Assembly (NCBI RefSeq): GCF_006345805.1
Contig: NW_021834459.1
Span: forward strand, 1-47,966
DNA from: Octopus sinensis
Taxonomy: Eukaryota
Reading direction: 5' to 3'
Length of the DNA stretch: 47,966 nt
The notes beneath the pieces are model-generated. The model was not told where the DNA came from and did not search any database. It saw only the letters and a program-made list of their open reading frames with translations. Shown piece after piece: positions 24,470 to 37,850 of the stretch. The position numbers were made by a program, and so were the translations under genes. Each line of letters opens with the position of its first letter. Positions within the stretch are counted from its first letter, which is position 1.

Positions 24470-25020
24470 CTTTTTCTTCTTCTTCTTCTTCTTCTTCTTC
24501 TTCTTCTTCTTCTTCTTCTTCCTTCTTCTTCTTCTTCTTCTTCTTCTGTTTCTTCTTCTTCTTCTTCTTCTCTCTTCTTCTTCTTCTTCTTCTCTTCTTC
24601 ATCTTCTCTCTTCTTCTTCTCTTCTTCTCTCTCTTCTTCTTCTTCTTCTTCTTCTTCTCTTCTTCTTCTTCTTCTTCTTCTTCTTCTTCTTCTTCTTCTT
24701 CTTCTTCTCTCCTTCTTCTTCGTCTTCTTCCTTCTTCTTCTCTTCTTCTTCTTCTTCTTCTCTCCTTCTTCTTCTCCTATGACGACAACGACGACAGCGA
24801 CGATGATATGACGACATGACGATAATGATGATGCTGATGATGCTGATGATGATGATGATGATATTAATGATAATAAGACCGACGATGACGATGTCAGTGA
24901 AGGAGAGACGAAGGCGTTGACAATGAAGAAGACGACGACGACGATGACAATGATAACCACAACGACGATTATGGCGATGATGATGGTCATGATGATGTTG
25001 TTGACAACTTCACTAGAGCC
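24470..25020. repeat. (TTC)n followed by (GAT/GAC)n
   Basis: Directly visible. Confidence 0.95.
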
Positions 25021-25233
25021 GTCCTCATTTGATTTCAATAACCAATATATGGAACACAGATGACATTTATAGTGACCAACACAACTATGACATTTCCCGG
25101 TTTCTATGCATTTATTCTCCTCTGACAGCACGTTTCACTAATCTTTACTCACTTGCGTGACACAATGCGCTGTCATTCAGAGCTATACAAACATACAGTA
25201 CATACATACATACATACATATATTTGTATATGC

Positions 25234-25264
<31 letters not shown>

Positions 25265-25641
25265 CATACATTCATATGTATGTATATATGGATATACACA
25301 TTATATATATATATATATATAGATATATATATATATATTATATAATTATATATACATAATATATATATATCTACATAATAGTATGTATGTATATAAACTT
25401 ATATATGTCTATATATATATACATATATACATGCATAATACATATGTATGTATGCATATATATGTATTATATATATATATATAAATACATACATATATGT
25501 GTATATATATATGACTACGTATGTCTGTGCGTGTAGCATAGGGCATAGTTGTGATATGACCACAGTACAATTTTCATGCATCGTATCTTGCATATATGCA
25601 CATACACAGCTGCAAGTACACATGGCACATACATTCACGTT

Positions 25642-25674
<33 letters not shown>

Positions 25675-25767
25675 CGAAAACACACCAATCAACTTTGCTG
25701 GTTAAAAAACTCGCTACATATGTATGTGCGTATGTTTTTGCATATATGTATTTATATATATATATAT

Positions 25768-25809
<42 letters not shown>

Positions 25810-25884
25810 TGTGTGCTTTTTGTTTATTTGTTTGCGTGTGCATATTCTTATGTGTATATTTGTAAATGAATTTGTATGCGCAGA

Positions 25885-26290
25885 GGTCGCTATGTGCTAA
25901 GAAACTTGCTTACCAACCACATGATTCCGGGTTCAGTCCCGCCTTCTTCTACTATAGTCTCGAGCTGACCAAAGCATTGTGAGGGGGTTTGATAGACGGA
26001 AACTGAAAGATGCCTGTATATATATATATATATATATATATTGTGGGGGGTTAACCCTATTAGCCCCCACCATCTACATATCTATATGTGTGAGTGTGTG
26101 TATATGTCCCCTCCACCGTCGCTTGACAACCGATGTTGGTGTGTTTACGTCCGCGTAACTTAGCGGTTCGGCAAAACAGACCGTTAGAATAAGTACTAGG
26201 TTTGCAAAGAATACGTTTTAGGGTCGATTTGTTCGACTAAAGGTGGTGCTCCAGCATATCCGCAGTTAAATGACTGAAACAAATTAAAGA
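25885..26290 (+). mobile_element. SINE family 2 with internal (TA)n and a deletion in the CORE-like segment
   Basis: Head, gatagacggaaactgaaag, internal microsatellite and the 3' module are all present. Confidence 0.85.
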
Positions 26291-26559
26291 ATCGTGTGTG
26301 TGTGTATGTGTTTGTGTGTGTGTGTGTGTTGTGTGTGTGTGTGTGTGTGTGTGTGAATGTGCTTGTGTGTATGTTTCAGCATTACAGGTGTGTAAACTAA
26401 ACACGAAATATAGAGATATTTTGACCAGAAATTGCAAACAAACGCCTAAAAAACTGATATTCGAACTTAGGGTACCGGCTAGCGAAGCTTTCAACGGCTA
26501 CTATATAGAGACGTATATGCGCACTCATACATACATACAGTATACATATACACATATAA

Positions 26560-26941
26560 GGCGGCGAGCTGGCAGAAACGTTAGCACGCTGGCCGAAATA
26601 CGTAGCCGAATTTCGTCTGCCGCTACGTTCTGAGTTCAAATTCCGCCGAGGTCCACTTTGCCTTTCATCTTTTCGGGATCGATAAATTAAGTACCAGTTA
26701 CGCACTAGGGTCGATATAATCGACTCAATCCGTTTGTCTGTCCTTGTTTGTCCCCTCTGTGTTTAGCTCCTTGTGGGTAGTAAAGAAATATGTATTTTGT
26801 CTGTCTTTACGTTCTAAGTTCAAATTCCACCGAGGTCGATGTTGCCTTTCATCCTTTCTGGGTCGATAAATTAAGTACCATTTACGCATTGTCCTTGTTT
26901 GTCCTCTCTATGTTTAGCCCCTCGTGGGCAATTAAGAAATA
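26560..26941 (+). mobile_element. SINE family 1 dimer (head + body + body)
   Basis: After ...gtagtaaagaaata the sequence restarts at tgtattttgtctgtctttacgttctaagttcaaattcc. Confidence 0.85.
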
Positions 26942-26961
26942 ATACGTATTCACACATGCAC

Positions 26962-26998
<37 letters not shown>

Positions 26999-27284
26999 AC
27001 ATAAATGAATAAGGGTCTGCTTTTCTGTTTATATATGTATTGAAAAGGGATGGCAAATTATTAGCTATTTAGATCCATATTGCTTGACCCATTTTATTCT
27101 TATCAAACGTTATTCTCGTCTTTTCGAGATCGATGAAATAATATCGAAATGTAATCATGATCGATATAATCGCTTAAAACTTTTGAAGTCGGTGGCCAAA
27201 ACACAAGGACGGAAAGAACTAAACTAATTAAAAAAGGGGAACGTAGTTTTACAGAGGAAAATGTACGATTTTCGTTTACTTTAG

Positions 27285-27657
27285 GAGTGGCTGTGTGGTA
27301 AATAGCTTGCTTACCAACCACATGGTTCTGGGTTCAGTCCCACTGCGTGGCAACTTGGGCAAGTGTCTTCTACTATAGCGTTGGGCCGACGAAAGCCATG
27401 TGAGAGGTTTTGGTAGACGGAAACTGAAAGAAGCCCGTCGTATATATATATATATATATATATATGCGTGTGTGTGTGTGGGGAGGGGTATCTTTGTGTA
27501 TCTGTATTTGTCCCCCCCCCCAACATCGTTTGACAACCGATGTTGGTGTGTTTAGGCTCTCGAAACTTAGTGGTCCGGCAAAAGATAGAATAAGTACTAG
27601 GCTTACAAAAAATAAGTCCTGGGGTCTATTTGTTTCGACTAAAGGCGGTGCTCCGGC
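27285..27657 (+). mobile_element. SINE family 2, 3'-truncated
   Basis: aggagtggctgtgtggtaa head, gggttcagtcc B-box, cttgggcaagtgtctt CORE-like motif, internal (TA)n(TG)n and 3' module. Confidence 0.9.
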
Positions 27658-28512
27658 TGTAAGGAGCTTTCAGGACATTTATAAGGAAAGAAATATAGTC
27701 TTACAGCTGTTTCTGGGATATTATGGATATGCCTTCAACAGAGACGCTGCAAGAGGTGAACGTCTGAGTTTGAAATAAGGAACTATTATGGAAAAGGAGG
27801 AGATAGGGATAATGGAGTGAAATAAGAGAATAAATGTAGAAATAACATATAAAATATTATAGTTGCAGTTCCATTATTCGAGTAAAGTGGTGTTTAGAAG
27901 TGGTAAAAATTTTTCCTGTACATGGTATGTAAGTTTTGATAGTAGTTAGTGTTTAGTAATTTCAAAGTATGGAGCCGTGGATTCTGTGTTGCCCATTTGA
28001 ATGGGTTTTGTGGTGTGAATGAAAATTTGAAAATGTATTGGTAGTGTTTGTGTATAGATGGTGTGAGGAGATGTGTATGATTAGAATGAGGAGATAGGTC
28101 AAAATAAACAGAGGAAGGGAAAATGAGAGGAAGAAAAAGAGAAAAAAGAAAAGAGATAAAAGATTAATGAGAATAAAAGAGAGAGGGAAGAAGAGGGAGA
28201 GAGAAAAAAGGGAAAAGTGTGAAAAAGAATGAAGGGCGACAGAAGTGAGAAAAGGAGTGTTAGTTGGTGGTCAAGATAATGTGAGGGAGGATGGGAGAGG
28301 AGTGGAGGAGGAGTGAGAAGGTAAGGAGTGAATAAGTGTGAGATATGTGAGTAGGGGTGATATGATAGGGCTTGTATTAAGGGATGTGTAGAGAAAAGGT
28401 ATGGAAGGCGTAATACCATATAAGCAGTAGTTTTAGTAGTAAAATTTTAAGTGAAGGGAAGAATACAAGGATGTTAAAATTTCTATAGATAGACGTGTGT
28501 ATAATAGGTATG

Positions 28513-28552
<40 letters not shown>

Positions 28553-29269
28553 TTATGTGCGTACAAATATGTATATGCTTGTATGTATATTTATACAGCC
28601 AAAGGATAACAATCAGTTTGTGGCTTGCGCTTTTGTGTTCACCCCAGCTTCTGTCAAGTGTTATCATATCTTTAAAGTGGCCAACAGAGTGCTAAAATAA
28701 ACGGATAAGTTCTGCATTGCAATTTGAATTTCTATAAATATCGAGTTATTACATAAAGACTTGGTTGGTTTAGGTCTATGTTAGAGTCTCCATAGTTCAG
28801 GCTACACGTTACTAAGTTTTGTTTTCCTCGAAGGTAAGGGAAAAAACATTAAAAGAAAACAAGATAATACACCCCCAACACATATATAAGCCAGGCTCAA
28901 CTCATATACACGGAATCTTAAGGCACCAAGTCCAACAGATCATATATAGCCGAATGAAATAACATTTGCATGATACTGTTACTATATGTTTTGATGGGGC
29001 CATAAAACATTTTTAGGCGAGTTCATGAAATTGGGAAACATGAATTGCTCAGCTGTTGTAGAGCATATGTTATATACTAATCTACAAACAGAAGCATAAC
29101 TCTTTTAATAAATCTGTATGCTAATTCAGACAGCTTCATTTATAATGTAGACACGGGTCAACAAGGACGCATCTACGTGGTGCATGGGTTTGCTAAAAAT
29201 AGTAACTAAACCTCCTTCCGATGCTGCCTTTTAGTATAAAAAAAAAGGAGAAAACGCATTAGATAATGT

Positions 29270-29676
29270 CCCCAAAGTCCATCCCCTCCTCACCGTGGAG
29301 GGGACGCTGGCAACGTGTAGTGTCAGATCTATGCCATCTTGGAACTTCGGCTCCTGGTAGGGCCACCCAAGGCGGATTGGTCTGACACCGAGTGGTATTA
29401 GGGCCACAACCCGGCAGACGGGGCTCTGGTGAAAATCCTCGGAGTGTCCGTTTCGGCAACCGTCGGCTCCTCGGTCGTTCTGCCCCTGCGTCTGCAGATA
29501 ATCTGCGGCAAACAGGATGTCTCTACATGCGGGATTGTTGGGGACCGCTTGTCAAATCCACATATTCCCACGAAACTTCTTCCATGAATTCTCAATGGCG
29601 AATACAATGCCTCGAGGGGTGGTAGAAGAAGCCGACTCAACCCGCCCAGGGTGAATGTCGCCACAAGTAAGTAAGT
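29270..29676 (+). mobile_element. 407-bp GC-rich retroposed insertion with (TAAG)n tail and 12-bp target-site duplication (RTE-like, 5'-truncated or SINE-like)
   Basis: attagataatgt occurs at 29258-29269 and 29677-29688; the insert ends caagtaagtaagt. Confidence 0.8.
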
Positions 29677-31650
29677 ATTAGATAATGTAATTCGTGTTGC
29701 CTTCCAAAAGACATGATGGTCGTTGCTGGAAATTTTTGGCAATAAAACTACTCTGTAAAGTCTAAATTAGCACTAAACAAAACTCAACAATAACAACAAC
29801 AACAACAACACGAAAGACAACGACGATGATTATGAAATTTTAGATAATTTAGTCATCAATACCCCAAAATACTCATATGTTTATAGCTGGTTTTGGCTTT
29901 GATCAATAGGCCATATTTTAAGAAGAACATTAGTGGTGTTAGAGAAATAACCCGTAAATAGAAGACGAAACTGGATTACAGAGCTGGTTCGCAGTGAGCT
30001 TGTCTCCTGCTCTCAATGATTGTTGCGTGTCAAGAAAATTGCTTGGCATCAATGTAAAAATATTGTGAAACTTTAACATTTATGGAAATTCGTGTTTGGC
30101 TAGAAAATATAATAAATCATAATATAATTTATGGCAAATTAGTTTAGCTTGTCATTACAAAACATGGAAAATATTGTATAATCGATGTATTTCTCTATAA
30201 GTTATGAGTGTGTCTTGTTATCCTGCAAAAAGCTGATCTATTCCCCATCGGCACATAAACGTAATTAATGTCGGTAGCTTTTGTGTTTTTATGACAATGA
30301 AGACAATAAAGAAAATATTTTGGAACGTTAACAAATAAAAATATAACAATATTTCTTGAAGCTCAGCTTTGAAATTTCGTTCAAAGACGTTTACGCAAAC
30401 TGAAGCCTAGTGGTGGAGTAAGATATAGTCTAAATTGATATATAGTGTGTATGCAGTCATGAATACACGAAAAAAAACAACAAAAAAGAGAGCACAGCTG
30501 TAGACACAAACATGGGAGAAAAACAACATTACTAGACAGGTATAAGTATACAGACGCATCAATATATATACACCCACATGTACATAGTCATACGCACAAA
30601 CATACATATACGAACGTGCATACATGAAAAAAAAATTGGGATTAAGGCAGTAAAACAAAGGAATGAGTAACAATGCTAAACAAAAGTAAATATGGCGAAA
30701 GAGATATATTCTATTTTCTTTTTATGTATATATATTTTAGATGGGGGTCTTAGATAGATTTACAGTTAGATAAATGGCTAGATAAATAAATACCTAACTT
30801 ACATATACACAAATAGAAATAAAAAATAAGACAATTCTTCGAGAACCACAAGAAACACGAGATGCGTGTAGCTGAAGTAATGAATCATCGGATGTATCTG
30901 TACGTACGTATGTATGTATGTATGTATGTATGTATGTATGTATGTATGTATGTATGTATGTATGTATGTATGTATGTATTATGTATGTATGTATGTATTA
31001 TGTGGTGTGTAGTATGTATGTATGTATGTATGTGCGTATGTATGTATGTATGTATGTATGTATGTATGTATGTTTGTATGTGTGTGTATGTACTACGTAC
31101 GTACGTACGTACGTATGTACGTGTGTATGCATGCATGCCTGTGTGTACGTGCGTAAATATATACGAATTTATTCATTTATGTATATATATTCACATATAT
31201 AAGTATGCGTGTATATATATATTATATATATATATATATATATATTCGTGTAGAGAAGTCTGTCTATCTATCTATCAACCTATCTATCTATATGTGTGTG
31301 TGTGCGCGTGTGTGCGTGTTTGTTTGTGTGTGTGTGTGTGTGTGTGTGTGCTTGTGTGTTAGTGTGTGATCTCTATATCTATATGGTAGGGGCATGTATA
31401 TTTATATATGAATATGTGTGTGTATTTTTCTCGATATCTATTCATTTATATGATAAACATGATATTATATTTCGAAGATGAAAACTTCACAAAAAATTAC
31501 AAACTCTTCTCATTTTTGGTCTTCAGATCAATGTGAACAAAATTGAATATTTGAAATATAATTTACAGGGAAATAAAAAACTGCGATGAAAAAAATAGAG
31601 CATGGTTTCGAATCTGCATATTGGTGGATTCATTATGACATTTTCGAATG

Positions 31651-31873
31651 TACCAGTGGGCGCTAAAAATTTCCTGGCTTAGAGTAAGAGAATACACGAG
31701 AGGAACACTTAATAATGACTTGATTCAACATATTCCCCCTCTGAGATTCATACACTTATTGTAGCGGCTCTTCAGGTTTTCTAAACCCTGTGAAAGAACT
31801 CAGAAGGTTGAGCCGCCAAGAAGGTCTTTTGCGATACGCTTAAAGTCAGGAATCTTTCAGCACCCCCGTCGTA
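31651..31873 (-). mobile_element. Non-autonomous mariner element (MITE) retaining the transposase C-terminus
   Basis: Imperfect TIRs taccagtgggcgctaaaaatttcctggcttta / taaagtcaggaatctttcagcacccccgtcgta with terminal TA; minus strand encodes GLENLKSRYNKCMNLRG. Confidence 0.8.
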
Positions 31874-32591
31874 TGTATGTATGTACGTATGTATGTATGT
31901 ATGTATGTATGTACGTATGTATGTATGTATGTATGTATGTATGTATGCATGTAAGTGCGTATGTAGTATGTATGCATGAATGTAAGTATGTATGTATAAA
32001 TGTGTGTGTCTATCTGTTTGCATGTATGTATGTATGTATGTATGTATGTATGTATGTATGTATGTGTGTGTGTATGTATGTATGTATGTATGTATGTATG
32101 TATGTATGTATGTATGTATGTGTGTGTGTATGTATGTGTGTATTTATGTATGTATGTATGTATGTATGTATTTATTATGTATGTATGTATGTATGTAAGT
32201 GCGTACGTAGTATGTATGCATGAATGTAAGTATGTATGTATAAATGTGTGTGTATATCTGTTTGCATGTATATATGTATGTATGTATGTATTTATTTATG
32301 TATGTATGTATGTATGTAAGTGCGTACGTAGTATGTATGCATGAATGTAAGCATGTGTGTATAAATGTGTGTGTATATCTGTTTGCATGTATGTATGTAT
32401 TATTGTATGTATGTATGTATGTATGTATGTATGTATGTATGTGTGTGTGTATCTATGTATGTATGTGTGTATGTATGTATGTATTTATGTATGTATGTAT
32501 GTAAGTGCGTACGTAGTATGTATGTATGAATAAAGTATGTATGTATGAATATGTGTGTATATCTGTTTGCATGTATATATGTATGTGTATG

Positions 32592-32622
<31 letters not shown>

Positions 32623-32708
32623 GTGCGTACGTAGTATGTATGCATGAATGTAAGCATGTGTGTATAAATGTGTGTGTATATCTGTTTGCATGTATGTATG
32701 TATGTATG

Positions 32709-32739
<31 letters not shown>

Positions 32740-32850
32740 GTGCGTACGTAGTATGTATGCATGAATGTAAGCATGTGTGTATAAATGTGTGTGTATATCT
32801 GTTTGCATGTATATATGTATGTATGTGTGTGTGTATGTATGTATGTATGT
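31874..32850. repeat. (TATG)n with about six higher-order composite units
   Basis: gtaagtgcgtacgtagtatgtatgcatgaatgtaag...tctgtttgcatg recurs at about 31950, 32195, 32315, 32500, 32620 and 32735. Confidence 0.9.
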
Positions 32851-33127
32851 ATATATTAAATGAACTGGATCAAGGACAAAGAGTGTGTGGGCGGAGGGAA
32901 AAAAATAAATGCATGAAGAACAATAAGGAAGTGAGAGGGGAGTAGCTCACAAAAAGGAGAAGGAAAGAAAGGGGAGCAGAATGTAAGAGGAAGAAAGAAA
33001 AGAAACGGAAAAGATAAAAAGAATTTGAAATAAAAGGGGAAAGAAATGTAAGAGATCGTACATGGAGAAGAGGTTGTTTCCCATCCGCATAGATTCGGGT
33101 TCAGTCTCACTGGGCGGCACCTTGAGT

Positions 33128-33160
<33 letters not shown>

Positions 33161-33239
33161 TTATGTATACATACATACATACATACATACACACATACAT
33201 ACATACATACATACATACATACATACATACATACATACA

Positions 33240-33272
<33 letters not shown>

Positions 33273-33447
33273 TGGCCTGCTCGCTTAGCCAGCGGGGTGG
33301 CGTCATTCGAAGGCTAAAACAATGCGAACGCATTGTGACCAGCGATGTGTAACAACATCTGATGGTCTGATATATATATATATATATTTATTTATAGATA
33401 GATAAATAAAAAGATAGATAGATAAATAAATAGATAGATAGATAGAT

Positions 33448-33510
<63 letters not shown>

Positions 33511-33511
<1 letters not shown>

Positions 33512-33641
33512 TAGGGAGAATTCACAAAAAAAAACAAAAGACGAAGACAAGTGGGTTAGACAACAAACGGATGTATAAGTTTAATGCTCGGGAAGTGAAA
33601 AAGTCTTTAACGTTTCGAGCATACGCTCTTCCTCAGAAAGA
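33511..33641 (-). mobile_element. Hammerhead-bearing short element (probable Penelope-like pseudo-LTR remnant) next to (GATA)n/TA
   Basis: Minus strand reads hammerhead, then an ATTAAA-containing body of about 95 bp, then microsatellite. Confidence 0.6.
33604..33641 (-). ncRNA. Minimal type-I hammerhead ribozyme motif with palindromic stem III
   Basis: Reverse complement: tcttt-CTGAGGA-a-gagc(gtat)gctc-GAA-ACGT-T-aaaga. It has a 5-bp stem I, a 4-bp stem II and a self-complementary ACGT stem III. Confidence 0.75.
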
Positions 33642-35756
33642 ACACATATCCAATGTTCTCTTCCCTACTTATTTAACTCCTTATTGCGGCATGCATTAGA
33701 TGTATCACTGTCAAGGTTACTATGGCTTCTAAGGTTAGCCAAGTTATTTTCTAACTACTAACACAAGCCAGGTGTTTGAAATGAGAAGTGGAAAATACTG
33801 TGACATTCAATAAAAAATAAGCACAACGTTATTTCCAGGGCCTCTGTGCGCTCGTTGTATCTGCTAGAAACGACAACTAAGTCTTCCTCAAATCAGACAC
33901 CATCGTCTTAAGTAAAGGACACATTAGACACTATAGTCACTCACCACAAACACACACACACACACCACACACACCACACACACCACACACACCACATCAC
34001 ACACACACACAACACACATATATATATTATATATGTATGTATAACACTTCGTCGTCTCAGATGGAACGTTTAATCGCAGAGCTGTTGATCATGCTAGACT
34101 TGTAGCTAAACAATAGATGAAAGAGGCTAACAAGAAGAAGGAGAAGGTGATGATGATGAGAAGAAGAAGATGAAGAAGAAGAAGGAGAAGAAGAAGAAGA
34201 AGCACTGAAATAGCATAGCAAAAGTCATGTAGAGCTGCACCCTCCAGAGGTTGAGAAATATTGCTTGACTATGGAACCTTAGGTTTCAGATAAAGTATAA
34301 AATCTTAATAAGGAAATATGAACATATTCATAAATACAAAAAGAAAACGGCAACACACCCGACCATTTCCCCACCCCCACACACATACACACACATTTAC
34401 CCTCATATGTATCAGATTGTTAAATTCATATCTATAACTCGTTTTAAAATGTCTTACGTTTTTTCCCCCGTTCACGTATGTTACATCGAAACATTAAAAC
34501 TGTACAAGAATTTTCTAAATATGACAACGTTCTGAGTCTTCATCAATCATTCCGAATAGATCCCGTTGATCTCCTGTCTGTTCATCTCGGTCTTGTCTCC
34601 TTGAATGCGTTTCGGCTATTTGATCCTAGCTTGTGATGTCATCATGTCATATTACGTGAAATGTCAGAGGTCTTTGCATTCGATTAGACGTACGCCATAG
34701 AGGTGCTTTTCTTCAATTCGTTTATTAGTAAATTGCTAAAAAAAAACAAACAAACCCTCCAAATAAATAAAGAAAGAAATAAATATACAAATTTTAGTTA
34801 TTTATTTGAAGTGTAATTTTTTTTGTAGTTTTGGAAGTATGTGTGTGGTGCTTCACTCTTAAGAAGATGCATTATCAACCGTTTGCTGGGAATGAACAGG
34901 TTTCTTGTTCCCACGTTAACAACTCTAGTATGAATATATAAATTCATATCGCCATTTTTGTATCATACACATTAACACAACATGTCTATAAAAGGATTTT
35001 TTTTCTCATATGAAAACCATAGCATCACGCTTTTCAACGATATATTTACATTTAGTATGAAACGCAGTTGTCGATTTTAATTTAATGCTGTTTCAGTTGT
35101 TTCCACCGAGATTTTTCACAGCTATGCAAGCTTTCCGCAATATCATTGAATGTATTATTCACTCTTATCTCTATATCGAAGCGCGAATTTCGTCTTTGCA
35201 AGTGATAAATGTATGTATAGCATTGACAAAATCCCCACACAAAGGAGAAACATGTCTGCCGTTCCTGTAAATCACTGCTGCGTGATTATACGGAATATAA
35301 GTGACAGCAGAGCAACTATTTCTTTTTAAGAAAACTGGTAAGACAAGATAGAAAATGGTCAGTGATAAAGCCTATGTCAAGCAATTTTCTCCGGAAAACA
35401 AATAGAGCAGATATAAATTTGTATCGGCAATCCTCCGGGATAACAGTTGGAAATTAATCGGGGCCTACTGCCCAACAGTAATTATATTTATTACTACAAT
35501 GATGTCCAGTTTACTGAGAGTTATTTTAGGAATTATATATCTTCATTGAAACCACGTCAGTGATCCACGACCTTTTCATTTCCAAGGTCCACTTTTAATT
35601 TTAATAAATTTTTCACACATCTCATACTAAGAACATGCTTGTTTATTCAATTGGCTGATTTTATCAAGTAACAACAAACTCGTTTCCCCAGTTTCGTTTC
35701 TAATTCGAAAGATACATGTAATTAAACAAGTATATTTAACTATTTATACATTTTAC

Positions 35757-35984
35757 GGTGGAGGCGCGTGGCTTAGTGGTTAGGGTGTCAGCATCATGAT
35801 CGTAAGATTGTGGTTTCAGCAAAACATTTCATTTCACGTTGCTCCAGTCCACTCAGCTGGCAAAAATGAGTAACGCTGCGATGGACTGGCGTCCCGTCCA
35901 GCAGGGAACACATACGCTATTGAAACCAGGAAACCGAGCCTATGATCCTGGCTAGGCTTTAAAAGGGCGCATTTATTATTTTTT
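35757..35984 (+). mobile_element. tRNA-derived SINE family 3 (V-domain-like) with 16-bp target-site duplication
   Basis: Head ggaggcgcgtggcttagtggttagg and gctgcgatggactggcgtcccgtccag; tatttatacattttac at 35741-35756 and 35985-36000. Confidence 0.85.
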
Positions 35985-36435
35985 TATTTATACATTTTAC
36001 ACTGCAGCCTTAAAAATTTGAACTACTGCTCATGGGGCTTCTAGAGATCAGCAAAATCCAAGATAAGAACTGCTGATCAATTTCGCTTTCAACGGGAACA
36101 ATGAAGAGGGAACAGTAATATTGTTTCTTCAGAATCGCCACAATTTGTTTAGTATCATCATGAAAAGTTTTCATTAATCAGTTGTCCGATAGTTGAAAAA
36201 GTGGCCCTAATTTCTTTTCAAATGATTAGGGGTTGTTTCTGATGATCTCAACGGCCCGCTGTTTTTCCTGTTATCCTTTGACTGTTGATGATAGCTTTCA
36301 TGATATTCTGAAGATGATATTTTTTTTATTCGACCGTTCACATTGCTGTCGATAATGGATGCTGTTCTTAGCGGTATTTTAATTGCTTTGTATCAATGTT
36401 TATATGTAAACATGTATACATGCTTGCATTCACGT

Positions 36436-36501
<66 letters not shown>

Positions 36502-36540
36502 CTATCTATCTATCTATCTATCTATATATATATATTTCAA

Positions 36541-36671
36541 TTATCCGCACTAAGGCACGGTTGCGATACCCCATGGTCGTAACCTCAACCGTGATTTTTC
36601 TGTGTGATTTTGCTACCCAGGTATCGGTTATAATTGAATAATCCGTAACAAGACAATTCATTTATCCATTT

Positions 36672-36678
<7 letters not shown>
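36541..36678 (+). repeat. Unclassified dispersed repeat with conserved hairpin, copy 2
   Basis: cacggttg (36556-36563) pairs with caaccgtg (36586-36593); followed by (TA)n as in copy 1. Confidence 0.7.
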
Positions 36679-36733
<55 letters not shown>

Positions 36734-36813
36734 CATAATATCACCATATATATATTATATATATATATACATATATATTCACGCATATATATATATATAT
36801 ATATATTATATAT

Positions 36814-36845
<32 letters not shown>

Positions 36846-37344
36846 ATATATATTATATAATATATATGTCTGGATATGTATAAAAAATAAGTCCTTTGAT
36901 TTTCATAATGAGCCATTTTCTCTCTTGGAATCCTCCTATTTATATATTCATGACTTATGTTCGTGTGTTGTTTGAGCATGTATTGGTAACATCGTCCACA
37001 AACATCTGTCAAGTTCGCTTTGATATCAAAAGAAGTCTGTGAGTGAAAAACGCATATAAATATCTAATAACCATAAATTGCACCCATAAACTAAGAGCAG
37101 CACAGCTGAGATGGTATGGATTGGCGACATTTCATCTGTTTGGCCCTCATCCTCTCCGCTCAGTCATCCGTGTTTCATTTAATAGAATATAGTTTGTTCT
37201 TGTTTGTATACTACACATATTATCGACCTGCGATGGCTAAATGGCAAAGGCGATACGTTAAGGAGAATTTGAACTCATAATATAAAGAAGGAAAACTAAA
37301 TACTGTAAAATAAGAACAACAAGATAAAAAAATTCAGCCCGACA

Positions 37345-37501
37345 GGAGTGGCTGTGTGGTAAGTAGCTTGCTAACCAACCACATGGTTCCGGGTTCAGTC
37401 CCACTGCGTGGCATCTTGGGCAAGTGTCTTCTGTTATAGCCTCGGGCCAACCAATGCCTTGTGAGTGGATTTGGTAGACAGAAACTGAAAGAAGCCTGTC
37501 G

Positions 37502-37561
<60 letters not shown>

Positions 37562-37792
37562 GTTTGTGTGTGTGTTTGTCCCCCTAGCATTGCTTGACAA
37601 CCGATGCTGGTGTGTTTACGTCCCCATCACTTAGCGGTTCGGCTAAATTGACCGATAGAATAGGTACTGGGCTTACAAAGAATAAGTCCCGGGGTCGATT
37701 TGCTCGACTAAAGGCGGTGCTCCAGCATGGCCGCAGTCAAATGACTGAAACAAGTAAAAGAGAGAGTGAAAGAGAGAAAGAGAGAATACATA

Positions 37793-37850
<58 letters not shown>
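37345..37850 (+). mobile_element. Full-length SINE family 2 with GA/TATC tail, flanked by an about 40-bp direct repeat
   Basis: Complete head, internal microsatellite and 3' module; the repeat lies at 37302-37344 and 37851-37889. Confidence 0.9.

Noticed and set aside
28090-28420. Purine-rich tract here and pyrimidine-rich tract at 40560-41230 giving F/S/L-rich ORFs
   Set aside because: Degenerate low-complexity sequence with strand-biased composition and no protein motifs.
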